A DNA stretch of 64,000 bases from Planctomycetota bacterium (GTDB lineage: Bacteria; Planctomycetota; UBA8742; UBA2392), in the NCBI GenBank assembly GCA_020638635.1, contig JACKIE010000001.1, positions 175,970 through 239,969 of the forward strand. The letters are read 5' to 3'. The translations under genes were made by a program, and so were the position numbers. Shown here in pieces: positions 9,722-18,585 of this stretch (its first letter is position 1; every line of letters begins with the position of its first letter). The notes under the pieces are model-generated. The model did not search any database. It worked only from the letters and a program-made list of their open reading frames with translations, and was not told where the DNA came from.

Positions 9722-10141
9722 ATGAGCGACCAGAAGATCCTGCACGTTGACATCATCAGCCCGGAAAAACCGGTCTACTCAGGCACGGCCTCGGCCGTGA
9801 CCGCCAAGGCCTGGGACGGCGAGGTGGGCATACTGCCCGGCCACGCGCCCATGGTGGCGCGTCTGGGCATCGGCGAAGTGCGCGTGACGGACGGCGCCGG
9901 CAGCGAGCAGAAGGTGCACCGCTTCGCGATCAAGCAGGGCTACCTGGAAGTCAGCCACAACAAGGTGGTAGTGCTGAGCGAAGACGCCAAGGCCATCGCC
10001 GACCTCAAGGGCGTGAACCCCGCAGACATCGAGCGTCTTGTGAAGGCAATCGCCGAGGAAACCGAACCGCACCGCAAGGCCGAACTGCAGGCGGACCTCG
10101 AGTGGCTGAAGTCCTGCGACCGGCTGCTCAAGGCGATGTAA
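9722..10141 (+). CDS. atpC: F0F1 ATP synthase subunit epsilon
   Basis: MSDQKILHVDIISPEK...GILPGHAPMV is a typical epsilon N-terminal beta-sandwich. ATG at 9722 is in frame with track ORF 9698. Confidence 0.9.
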   Translation: MSDQKILHVDIISPEKPVYSGTASAVTAKAWDGEVGILPGHAPMVARLGIGEVRVTDGAGSEQKVHRFAIKQGYLEVSHNKVVVLSEDAKAIADLKGVNPADIERLVKAIAEETEPHRKAELQADLEWLKSCDRLLKAM

Positions 10142-10191
10142 AATCTTCAGCCGAACCGGCAGGGACACACGGCAGCGTGTCCCTGCGTTTT

Positions 10192-10662
10192 TTACCGAGC
10201 CGCCGCCTTCAACACCCGTTTCAACTGTTTGATGTGGGCCTCGATGTGCATGCCCATGAAGGCCGCCAGGTCGGCCGCCGTTACGTCGTGGCCGCCGGCG
10301 TGACGGCCTTTGCGGGTGAGATCTTCGGGCGTCAGCTTTTCGATCAGCGCGGTGTTCAGGGCGCAGGAGGCGCTGAGTGCGTCCAGCGCCAGCTCAACGT
10401 GCAGGCGGCCGCGCCGGTACAGGCGCACTGAGGCCTGGGTGTCGAGGCCGGAGAGCTGGGGGTAATCCTCGCCCAGGATGCGGCGCAGGCGCAGGCCCAG
10501 CATGGAATCAACGTCGGCGACATGGAAGGCGATGTCGCGCGGCGACCAGGCGTCGGGCCCTTCACGGAAATCCATCTGGCCGTTGCGCACATCGCGCACG
10601 CACTCGATGAAGGCGTCGGCGGCGCTGATGTAGCGTTCTGCCAATGATTCGGGATTTGACAT
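10192..10662 (-). CDS. DinB/YfiT-like (DinB_2) metal-dependent hydrolase family protein
   Basis: Internal ATG at 10660-10662 (MSNPESLAERY...). His-containing helices include DIAFHVADVDSM, HDVTAADLAAFMGMHIEAHIKQL. The longer track ORF probably over-extends the N-terminus. Confidence 0.6.
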   Translation of the reverse strand: MSNPESLAERYISAADAFIECVRDVRNGQMDFREGPDAWSPRDIAFHVADVDSMLGLRLRRILGEDYPQLSGLDTQASVRLYRRGRLHVELALDALSASCALNTALIEKLTPEDLTRKGRHAGGHDVTAADLAAFMGMHIEAHIKQLKRVLKAAAR

Positions 10663-10811
10663 TGCGGGCCCAATGCTGACTGAGTGAAGGCGGCCGGTCA
10701 ATCCGGACACGCAGGTCAAGATAGCATGGACGAAGGTTTGATGCCTCGTGCAGCCCACAAGTGCCGGTTTTAAATGCAAGTTGCCAATAACCACTTTTCA
10801 ATGAGCCAGAC

Positions 10812-11060
10812 CAGTGGCGCGGACATTCCTGTCCGCGCGTGGGAGGGACAACCGCGGCGATTTCCCGATTGGTTGGCGAACTACGTGCATCCCTTAGCGC
10901 CCCCGCGCCCCCGCGTGGTCTTTGCCGTTGACTGCAACTGCATATGCCACGCGGAGGCGCGAAGGCGCCAAGAGCCTCGCGAAGTTCGAATGCTGATCGT
11001 GTTCAGGGATATCTCCGGCGCAGGGCGCGTCCGGCGCGGACAGGAATGTCCGCGCCACTG
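10812..11060. mobile_element. MITE-like non-autonomous element, copy A (249 bp, perfect 26-bp terminal inverted repeats)
   Basis: cagtggcgcggacattcctgtccgcg at 10812-10837 and its exact reverse complement cgcggacaggaatgtccgcgccactg at 11035-11060. An internal segment (10906-10993) recurs at 12168-12255. Confidence 0.55.
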
Positions 11061-11148
11061 GCGGGTTTCCTGCAGTACAAATTCCGTCACATTTGTTGCG
11101 GACAACCGGGCGGCACCGTGAATATCATGCCCGCGAACGGGAGAGAGC

Positions 11149-11844
11149 ATGTCAGGCGGAAACTACCAGCCGGGACCACCACAGGGTTACCCGCAGCAAG
11201 GCGGCTACCCGCAACAGCAGGGCTACCCGCAGCAGCCGGGCTATCCGCAGCAGGGCGACTACCCGCCTGCGGGCTATCAGCCATACGGGCAGGGTTACGG
11301 ACCCCAGTTTCCGCAGGGGTTTGCCACGCCGCCGGTGCTGCCCACCGAGTGCTTCGGCGGCTTCTGGATACGCTTCGTGGCCTACTTCATTGATGCGCTG
11401 GTTTTGACCATTCCCAGCTTTGTGATCGGGGCGGTTGTGCTCAGCGTTTTCGGCTTCAGCCCGACCGCGCAGTTCGAGATGGGCTTCCAGCTTGAAATGG
11501 CGGCCGGCCGCGACCCCAACCTGCAACTGGCGAACAACCTGTCTTCGCTGCTGCAGATCCTGATGGGCTGGGCCTACTACGGCATCATGCACAGCCAGAA
11601 GGGCGCGACGCTCGGCAAGATGGCGCTGGGCCTGCGGGTGGTGGAACAGAACGGCCTGTACCCCAGCTTCGCGCGCGCCACGGGGCGCTACTTCGCGACG
11701 ATCCTTTCAAGCTGCCTGTGCCTGATCGGCTACTTCTGGGCGGGCTTCCACCCGCAGAAACGCGCGCTGCACGACCTGATCGCCGGCACCTGGGTAGTGC
11801 GCAAGCAGTTCGTGAACCCGCAGCAGATGCAGATCGGCCAATAG
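11149..11844 (+). CDS. RDD family membrane protein with a Tyr/Pro/Gln-rich N-terminal low-complexity region
   Basis: N-terminus is (GYPQQ)n-like: PQGYPQQGGYPQQQGYPQQPGYPQQGDYPP. Then an RDD-domain topology (WIRFVAYFIDALVL...RATGRYFATIL...LHDLIAGTWVV). Confidence 0.7.
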   Translation: MSGGNYQPGPPQGYPQQGGYPQQQGYPQQPGYPQQGDYPPAGYQPYGQGYGPQFPQGFATPPVLPTECFGGFWIRFVAYFIDALVLTIPSFVIGAVVLSVFGFSPTAQFEMGFQLEMAAGRDPNLQLANNLSSLLQILMGWAYYGIMHSQKGATLGKMALGLRVVEQNGLYPSFARATGRYFATILSSCLCLIGYFWAGFHPQKRALHDLIAGTWVVRKQFVNPQQMQIGQ

Positions 11845-11968
11845 GCGAGTAGCGGATGCGTTGCCGCAGAATCGGCCCCGCACGACGGCCGGAGCCGGCT
11901 CAACAGCGAATTGCATTTCGCCCCTTCTGAATTCTTAACGGGCCTGTGCGGCGGCGCGGTTCTGCATT

Positions 11969-12287
11969 CAGTGGCGCGGACATTCCTGTCCGCGCGTACA
12001 ACAGCCCAACGCCTGGACGCAAAGAACGCCACGGCCTTTGCGTTGCTCGTCTGTCTGGCGGCCGGACAGTGAACCGCTACACCAGGGCAATGGCGCCCTG
12101 GCGTTCTGGCGTTGCTAGATGCTGCGACGGGTCAAGTCGTTCGCGAATTCCCTTCAGCCCTTTGCGCCTTCGCGTGGTCTTTGCCGTTGACTGCAACTGC
12201 ATATGCCACGCGGGGGCGCGAGGGCGCAAAGAGTCTTCCCAACTTCGAATGCTGTTGTTGTGTAGGGTCGTTGCTGCGCGGACAGGC
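11969..12287. mobile_element. MITE-like element copy B (same 5' terminal inverted repeat and shared internal block, degenerate 3' end)
   Basis: cagtggcgcggacattcctgtccgcgcg at 11969-11996 is identical to the copy A terminus. The internal block 12168-12255 is about 90% identical to 10906-10993. The 3' end gcgcggacaggc (12276-12287) is a truncated terminal inverted repeat abutting or overlapping the RND gene's 3' end. Confidence 0.45.
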
Positions 12288-12288
12288 T

Positions 12289-15200
12289 TTACTGATCTTC
12301 TTCCCGCGCCATCTTTGCGCGGCCTCGCAGGTTGTTGACCCAGGCCCACAGGGTGGGGATCACCACCAGTGTCAGCAGTGTGCTGAGCGTGAGGCCGGCG
12401 ATCACCGTAATCGCCAGCGGCTTGCGCACCTCGGCTCCTTCGCCGCCGCCGACCAGGAAGCCGACACCGCGCGCCAGCGAGAACTTCCAGCCGCCGATCA
12501 GCTTCCAGCTGGCCGGCGCGGTCATGCCGCGCCCCATGCCCTCTACCACGCCGGTCAGCACGCTGTCGATGCCGCCCGCCACGGCCTGCACGGCCGGGAG
12601 GAACGGGTCCAGCCATCCGGTCATGGGCAGCAGGCCCAGCAGGGTGGTCAGCGTGGTAATGGCGATCGGGCGCAGGCGGATGCGGCTGGCGTTCAATGCG
12701 GCCTCGTTGGCGCTCTGGCCGCGGGCTCGCAACTGGTTGGCGTAGTTCACCAGCACGATGGCGTTGTTCACCACGATGCCCGCCAGCACGATGCTGCCCA
12801 GCAGCACCATCACGCTGACCGGTAGATTGAACAGCCACAGGGCGACCACCACGCCCACGCCGGCGAAGGGCACGCTGAACATGATGATCAGCGGGTCCAC
12901 CAGGCTCTCGAACTGCACGGCCATCACCACGTAAACCAGGAACACCGCCAGGCTGAGCGCCAGGATCAGGCTCAAGATGCTGGATTCCATTTCCTCCACC
13001 TGGCCGCTGAAGCCGACCTGCGCGTCTTCCAGGTCCACTGCGCCTCCGGCCAGCATTTCCTCGACGGCGCCGCGCGCGGTGCTTAGCGCCACGTTGTTCG
13101 GCTCGCAGGTGATCACCACTGCGCGCTCGTTGCCCACGCGGCGGATTTCGCTGGGGCCCTCGGTTACGCGCAGGCCTTCGCCGCCGCGCGCCAGCACGTC
13201 ACGCAGCCGCACGCCCTTTGCGATCTCCAACTCGCGAACCTGGTTCAAGCTGGACTTGTCGGTCATCAGCAGTTCGACGAAAACCTCAAGGTCTTCGCCG
13301 CCGCTGGTGAACTGGGTGCTTACCGAACCGCCGATTTTGTTACGGACTTCGTTTGTGACCTGGTCGGCGCTAAGCCCGAACCGCTGCAGTTGCTGGCGGT
13401 CGTACTCCAGCTGTACCTGGGGACGGCCGGCCTGCAGGCTGCTGCGCACGTCGCTAAGCAGCGGCTCACCGTCGTCGCGCCGTAGGCCGTTGAGCGCCTT
13501 CACCAGCCGGTTCGCGATGCGCCCCAGGCGCTCATAGTTGTCTCCGCGCACTTCAATGCTAAGGCCGCTCTCGACTTTCACCAACGCAGGCGAGCTGAAT
13601 TGGGCGCTGCCCTGGAACAGCGTGCTGTCGTCCGCGACTTCGCGCAGGCGAGCCTCGGCCATGGGCGAAGCTGCACGGGCATCGGCGCTCTTCTTCAGCG
13701 TGACCACAAGGTGCGCGTGGTGACTGCCCATGGCGCGCGACTCGCCGGCCTGCTCCTCGCCGCCCACCTCGTAGGTGACGCGGCTGACTTCAGCCTCGAA
13801 ACCTTCGTCGGCGAAGGCCTGCCGCACCAGCGCGGCCGCTTCGCGGTCTGTGTCGAGAATCTGGGTGCCCTCGGGGGCGGCCAGGTCCACGTAGATTTCG
13901 TCCTGCTGGAAACGCGGCAGCAGCTCGGTGGAGAGGCTGCCCGCCAGCAGCAGCGCGACCAGCGCCGTGCCGGCCGTGGCCAGCACCACAACCAGGGGCT
14001 GGGCCAGCGCCATGCGCAGCAGCAGCGGGTAGGTGTTCTCGATCGCTTTCCAGACCAGCTCAAAAGCCCAGCCAAAGGGCTTAAACAGCAGGGCGAATAC
14101 GAACGCCATGCCGCGCCAGAACCAGCGGATGATCCATACCCAGCCGTCGATGCTCGCGACCAGCGCCAGCACCCCTACCCACACGGGGAACTGCGGCACG
14201 CGGTTGAGCCAAAAGCCGAGCTTACGCCAGCGGCTGACGTCGCTGGGCGGCCTCATGTAACCGATCACGGCCTGCGTCACCGTGAACTTGCCGAGTTGCG
14301 CCACGCCGCCCGCGCTGATGCCGAACATGGCCGGCACCACGAACTGGGCGACGATCAGGCTGGCCAGCAGGCTGAACACCACGGTCAGGCTGAGGTCGCG
14401 GAAGATCTGGCCCGCCACGCCTTCTACAAACACGATCGGAAAGAACACCGCCACCGTGGTCATGGTGCTGGCAAGGATCGCTCCGCCCACTTCGCTTATG
14501 CCGCGCACGGCAGCTTGCAGCGGTGGATCGCCCTCTTCGCGGCAGCGCGCGATGCTCTCGATCACTACCACACTGTTGTCCACCAGCATGCCGACGCCCA
14601 GCGCCAGGCCGCCGAGGGACATCAAGTTCAGCGTCACGCTGGTGAGCTGCATGGGGATGAAGGTGGTGACGATCGAGAGCGGAATCGCCGCCGCGATCAG
14701 TACCGTCGCCTTCACGCTGCGCAGGAAAAAGAACAGCACCAGCACTGCCAGGAATGCGCCCAGGATCGCGCTGGCCGTCACGTCGTTGACGGCGTCTTCG
14801 ATGAAATAGCTCTGGTCCGAAACCACCTTCAGGCCGAAGCCTTCGGGAAGCTGGTCTACCAGCGACTTCTTGCCGAGTGTGAAGCCGCCGGCGGGTCCGC
14901 GCATCCCGCGACCACCCATGCGACCGCGCCGCCCGCTTTCCTTGACTTCGGTTGCACCTCCCCTGGCTTCGTCAGCGCCGACTTCGCCGCGGCGCTCGCG
15001 GATCGACTCGTACTTGTCTTCGCCGTACAAGGCAACCCATACACGCTTCGCGACCTCCACGATGTTGGCGTCGCCTTCCTTCAGCACTTCGAGCAGCACG
15101 CCCTCTCGCGCGCGAAACCCGGTTTCCGGACCGGCAAATCGGGTGATGGTCTCGCGCTCTTTGGGCACCTGCTCGATGTCCGCGATTTCCTTCAACGTCA

Positions 15201-15993
15201 CGCGCCCCTGCTCGGAGCCCGAGACGATCTCCAACCGCTGCAGCACATCCAGCGAGTCGTAGGTGCTGACCACGCGCAGGATCACGTCACGGCCCGCCAG
15301 CTCGATGATGCCGGCCGACATGTCCACCCGCGCGGCGCGGATACGGCCTTTCACCTGCTCGGCCGTCAGGCCGTACTGGTTCAGCTTTGCCTCGATCAGG
15401 CTGATGCGGATCTGGCGTTCTTCGCCGCCGGAAACGCGCACGGCCGCGACACCCTCGATCTTGGACAGCTCGGGCTTCAGGATGTCTTCGGCAAAGGCGC
15501 GCAGGTCAAGCAGGTCAACTTCGGGGCTGGTGGCGAACAGGGTGATGCGCATGGTGGGGTCCTGCGCCGGGTCATAGCGCAGGATCTGGGGGCGCTCGAC
15601 CTCGTCATCGTCGAAGCCGATGCGATCGAGGCGGTCGCGCACGTCGGCCGTGGCCTCCAGCATGTCGGTGCCCCAGGCGAACTTCAGGATCACGTCGCTG
15701 GATTCGGCCCGGCTGATGCTGCTGCGGTCGATCAGGCCCTCAACGTTGCCGAGCCGCTCCTCGATGCGCTGGGAGACTTTTTCTTCCACTTCGCTGGGGG
15801 CGGCAGCCGGGTAGCCGGTGCGGATGGTGAGCTGGGGGTACTCCAGGTCCGGCATCAGCGTGGTCTGCAGCTTGGTGAGCGCCACGCCGCCGAACACGAT
15901 GAATGCGGCCACCACGCACAACACGGCCACGGGGCGCGTGGTGACAATCTCAAAGAACCGGCTGGGCCGGGGCTTGGCAGGGCTGTCGGACAA
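12289..15993 (-). CDS. efflux RND transporter permease subunit (AcrB/CzcA superfamily), unusually long at 1234 aa
   Basis: N-terminal RFFEIVTTRPVAVLCVVAAFIVFGG, 12-TM architecture with two large periplasmic loops and repeated ...AIENTYPLLL/NAIVLV motifs. Apparent TTG start at 15993 (GGAG 9 nt upstream). It contains a Gly/Arg-rich low-complexity insertion (RRGEVGADEARGGATEVKESGRRGRMGGRGMRGPAGG). Confidence 0.85.
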   Translation of the reverse strand: MSDSPAKPRPSRFFEIVTTRPVAVLCVVAAFIVFGGVALTKLQTTLMPDLEYPQLTIRTGYPAAAPSEVEEKVSQRIEERLGNVEGLIDRSSISRAESSDVILKFAWGTDMLEATADVRDRLDRIGFDDDEVERPQILRYDPAQDPTMRITLFATSPEVDLLDLRAFAEDILKPELSKIEGVAAVRVSGGEERQIRISLIEAKLNQYGLTAEQVKGRIRAARVDMSAGIIELAGRDVILRVVSTYDSLDVLQRLEIVSGSEQGRVTLKEIADIEQVPKERETITRFAGPETGFRAREGVLLEVLKEGDANIVEVAKRVWVALYGEDKYESIRERRGEVGADEARGGATEVKESGRRGRMGGRGMRGPAGGFTLGKKSLVDQLPEGFGLKVVSDQSYFIEDAVNDVTASAILGAFLAVLVLFFFLRSVKATVLIAAAIPLSIVTTFIPMQLTSVTLNLMSLGGLALGVGMLVDNSVVVIESIARCREEGDPPLQAAVRGISEVGGAILASTMTTVAVFFPIVFVEGVAGQIFRDLSLTVVFSLLASLIVAQFVVPAMFGISAGGVAQLGKFTVTQAVIGYMRPPSDVSRWRKLGFWLNRVPQFPVWVGVLALVASIDGWVWIIRWFWRGMAFVFALLFKPFGWAFELVWKAIENTYPLLLRMALAQPLVVVLATAGTALVALLLAGSLSTELLPRFQQDEIYVDLAAPEGTQILDTDREAAALVRQAFADEGFEAEVSRVTYEVGGEEQAGESRAMGSHHAHLVVTLKKSADARAASPMAEARLREVADDSTLFQGSAQFSSPALVKVESGLSIEVRGDNYERLGRIANRLVKALNGLRRDDGEPLLSDVRSSLQAGRPQVQLEYDRQQLQRFGLSADQVTNEVRNKIGGSVSTQFTSGGEDLEVFVELLMTDKSSLNQVRELEIAKGVRLRDVLARGGEGLRVTEGPSEIRRVGNERAVVITCEPNNVALSTARGAVEEMLAGGAVDLEDAQVGFSGQVEEMESSILSLILALSLAVFLVYVVMAVQFESLVDPLIIMFSVPFAGVGVVVALWLFNLPVSVMVLLGSIVLAGIVVNNAIVLVNYANQLRARGQSANEAALNASRIRLRPIAITTLTTLLGLLPMTGWLDPFLPAVQAVAGGIDSVLTGVVEGMGRGMTAPASWKLIGGWKFSLARGVGFLVGGGEGAEVRKPLAITVIAGLTLSTLLTLVVIPTLWAWVNNLRGRAKMAREEDQ

Positions 15994-16189
15994 ACTGGTC
16001 TCCGCTGATGTTTTACGCGTAAACCGGCGGTTTCAGTAGAGGAAAGCGCTCGGCGTCGCGCGTTCAGTGTCCCGGGTGCCGGGTCAGCGATCATGGGACT
16101 CTGGACCCTGTTCCTAGCGGCAGTTTTGACTTAAACACGCCCCGAAGCGGGACTTCCCTATTTGAGGCTCTTTCGGTAAATAGGCCGCC

Positions 16190-17992
16190 ATGACTGACGC
16201 ACCGCTGGTCAACATCACCATCGACGGCAAGCAGTACCAGGCGCCGAAGGGCGCCAACCTGCTGATGACCTGCCTGAAGCTGGGCGAGGGCGCCGACGGC
16301 AGCTACCCCGACCAGAACGAAGGGGGCGAGCATTACGTCCCCCACTTCTGCTACCACCCGGGCCTGACCGTCTCCGGCAACTGCCGCATGTGCTTCGTGA
16401 AGACGCGCCAGATGGTCAAGCGCGGCGACCAGCTGGTGCCCATGGAAATGATGACCACCGCCTGCACCAACGTCGTGCAGGACGGCCTTGAGGTCTTCAC
16501 CAAGACGCCGGATGTCCAGAAGGTGCGCGCCGGCATCATGGACCTCGAGCTGATCAACCACCCGCTCGATTGCCCCGAGTGCGACAAGGCCGGCGAATGC
16601 AGCCTGCAGGACTACGCCTTCGACCACGGCCACGCCGCCAGCAAGTTCGACTTCGAGAAGAACGCCGCGCACATCAAGCCCCTGGGCGACAAGATCACCA
16701 TCTGGGGCACCCGCTGCATCCAGTGCTCGCGATGCATCCGCGTGGCTGACGAAATCAGCGGCACCAGTGAGTTGTGCTTCGTCAATCGCGGCGACCACAC
16801 CGTGATCGACGTCTTCCCCGGCAAGCCGATCGACAACGCACTCGCGCTCAATACCGTGGAAGTCTGCCCCGTGGGCGCCCTCAAAAACCGCGACTTCCTG
16901 TACACCGCGCGGGTCTGGAACCTGGACGAACTGCCGGGCCAGTGCGGACTGTGCGCCAAGGGCTGCAGCATCCGCGTGGACGCGCTGAAAGGCAAAGTCG
17001 CCCGCGTGATGGCGCGCGAGAACCCCAACGTCAACGACTACTGGGTCTGCGACCGCGGCCGTCTCGACTACAAGTGGATCAACAGCCCCAAACGCATGGA
17101 CCTGCCCCTGACCAAGAACGGCAGCGTTTCGTGGGTCAAGGGCTACGAGCTCGCGGCCGCGGGCCTGAAGGCCGCGGCGGCGGCGCCGGGCGCAAGCTGG
17201 GCCGTGGCGCACGCGAGCATGACGAACGAGGAACTGTTCCTGTTCAAGAAGCTGGTGCAGAAGCTGGGCATCGGCAACGTGGCCGTGATGAGCGAGCCGG
17301 ACGTCGCGCCGCTGGATTTCCCGGGCTTCAAGGCGCCTGCCGACGGCAACGCCAACCGCGCCGGCGTGGCGATCATCCTGGGCGTCAGCGACTGCGAAGC
17401 CAGCATCAAAACGTTCGCGGAAGCCTGCGGCGCCGGCAACGTCGAGAACGTGTTCGTGTGGGCAGGCCTGCCCCACGGCACGCCTGAGGCCGTCACCAAG
17501 GCTCTGGGCGGCGAGAAGATCAAGAACATCGTGGCCGTGGACTTCCAGCGCGGCCTGCTGAGCGAACTGGCGAACGTGACCTTGCCCGGCACCACGTACG
17601 TGGAAACGGCCGGCAGCTGGGTGAACCATGACCTGCACCTGCAGGCCTTCCGCGCGGCGCTGCGCTACCCGCTGGAGGGGCGCATCGGCACAGAGATTCT
17701 GCAGGAGTTGCTGTACGCGCTGGACGAGGGCGAAGCCGAAGAGCTCGCCAGCAGCAAGGGCACTCCCCAGGGCGTCGGCACCGAGGACCCGTTCGTGCCG
17801 GGCACCCAGCGCGGCTGGGAGGGTGCGGCGACCATCCCGGTGTTCGCGGGCAGCGGCGAAGTGGCCGTGAAGTCAAAGAAGCAGATCGTCGGCCCCGCCA
17901 GCGTGTTCAACCAGCTCGCCGAAGAAGTGCCCCAGTTCGGCGGCCACACGCACCTGAGCCTGATCAAGTCCCACGGCGCCAAGCTGCTGTAA
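16190..17992 (+). CDS. NuoG-like Fe-S subunit (NADH-quinone oxidoreductase subunit G / formate-dehydrogenase-alpha-like N-terminal region), orphan
   Basis: 2Fe-2S motif CYHPGLTVSGNCRMCFV, the NuoG-type cluster HPLDCPECDKAGECSLQD, and the 4Fe-4S motif CIQCSRCIRV. No other nuo genes are adjacent. Confidence 0.7.
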   Translation: MTDAPLVNITIDGKQYQAPKGANLLMTCLKLGEGADGSYPDQNEGGEHYVPHFCYHPGLTVSGNCRMCFVKTRQMVKRGDQLVPMEMMTTACTNVVQDGLEVFTKTPDVQKVRAGIMDLELINHPLDCPECDKAGECSLQDYAFDHGHAASKFDFEKNAAHIKPLGDKITIWGTRCIQCSRCIRVADEISGTSELCFVNRGDHTVIDVFPGKPIDNALALNTVEVCPVGALKNRDFLYTARVWNLDELPGQCGLCAKGCSIRVDALKGKVARVMARENPNVNDYWVCDRGRLDYKWINSPKRMDLPLTKNGSVSWVKGYELAAAGLKAAAAAPGASWAVAHASMTNEELFLFKKLVQKLGIGNVAVMSEPDVAPLDFPGFKAPADGNANRAGVAIILGVSDCEASIKTFAEACGAGNVENVFVWAGLPHGTPEAVTKALGGEKIKNIVAVDFQRGLLSELANVTLPGTTYVETAGSWVNHDLHLQAFRAALRYPLEGRIGTEILQELLYALDEGEAEELASSKGTPQGVGTEDPFVPGTQRGWEGAATIPVFAGSGEVAVKSKKQIVGPASVFNQLAEEVPQFGGHTHLSLIKSHGAKLL

Positions 17993-18017
17993 CGGCAACA
18001 ACTGAAACCCCACAGAG

Positions 18018-18042
18018 CCCATCGTGTTAACGATGGGTTTTT
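18018..18042 (+). terminator. rho-independent terminator after the nuoG-like gene
   Basis: cccatcg tgttaa cgatggg followed by ttttt: a 7-bp GC-rich stem, 6-nt loop, then a T-tract. Confidence 0.7.
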
Positions 18043-18082
18043 ACATTTCGCGACACCTCACATCCGGCGTTAGAATTTCGAC

Positions 18083-18580
18083 ATGGCGGACGACGACAAA
18101 CGCCTCGTTCGGCGGGTCATCGCGTACACGGCGCTGCTGGCATTGCTGGTGCTCGCCGCGCTGTTCATTGACATGGCATTCGGGAAGCAGTGGGCATCCG
18201 GCCTTTTCGGCGGGCGCGATTGGAAAGAGCCCCATGCGATGTACTACGACGGAGGAGTCAAGGTTGGAAACTGGCAGATCGTCAGACCGCCGATCAAAGA
18301 ACGGTTCATCGGCTGCGACGTGTGGCGATTGGAAGACGGCACAACTCTGCCGGTCACGGAAAGCAATGCGTGGTATGAAGACGGTTCGCTCTGGTACGAG
18401 ACAAAGGCATACGACGCGGCGGGCAACGAAACCACATTCTACGACGTCGATACACCCGTGACGGCGCTTCAGAAGGCCGATTCCATACCACTCGTCATCA
18501 GACGCGAGTATGCACCTAGCGGCGAGTTGATTCGTGAAGACCGCTACGTCAACGGCGTTTACCAGCCCGCCGGCAAGTAA
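18083..18580 (+). CDS. hypothetical membrane-anchored protein with MORN-like (YwqK-type) repeats
   Basis: N-terminal TM helix (VIAYTALLALLVLAALFI), then repeated G-W-x-Y-x-G-like units (GNWQI..., EDGSLWYETKAYDAAGNE..., EDRYVNGVYQ). Confidence 0.35.
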   Translation: MADDDKRLVRRVIAYTALLALLVLAALFIDMAFGKQWASGLFGGRDWKEPHAMYYDGGVKVGNWQIVRPPIKERFIGCDVWRLEDGTTLPVTESNAWYEDGSLWYETKAYDAAGNETTFYDVDTPVTALQKADSIPLVIRREYAPSGELIREDRYVNGVYQPAGK

Positions 18581-18585
18581 GCGCG

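Noticed and set aside
10774-12338. Two ORFs (10774..11121 + and 11946..12338 +) sharing peptide motifs, and small reverse ORFs sharing AWHMQLQSTAKTTR
   Set aside because: The shared peptides come from repeated DNA of the MITE-like elements, which have perfect terminal inverted repeats. The composition is low-complexity. No SD or conservation argument supports coding.
13600-17638. Very long antisense ORFs (13600..16008 +, 16091..17638 -) opposite the RND and nuoG-like genes
   Set aside because: Arg/Gly/Ala-dominated translations typical of GC-rich antisense frames. The sense genes have clear family signatures.
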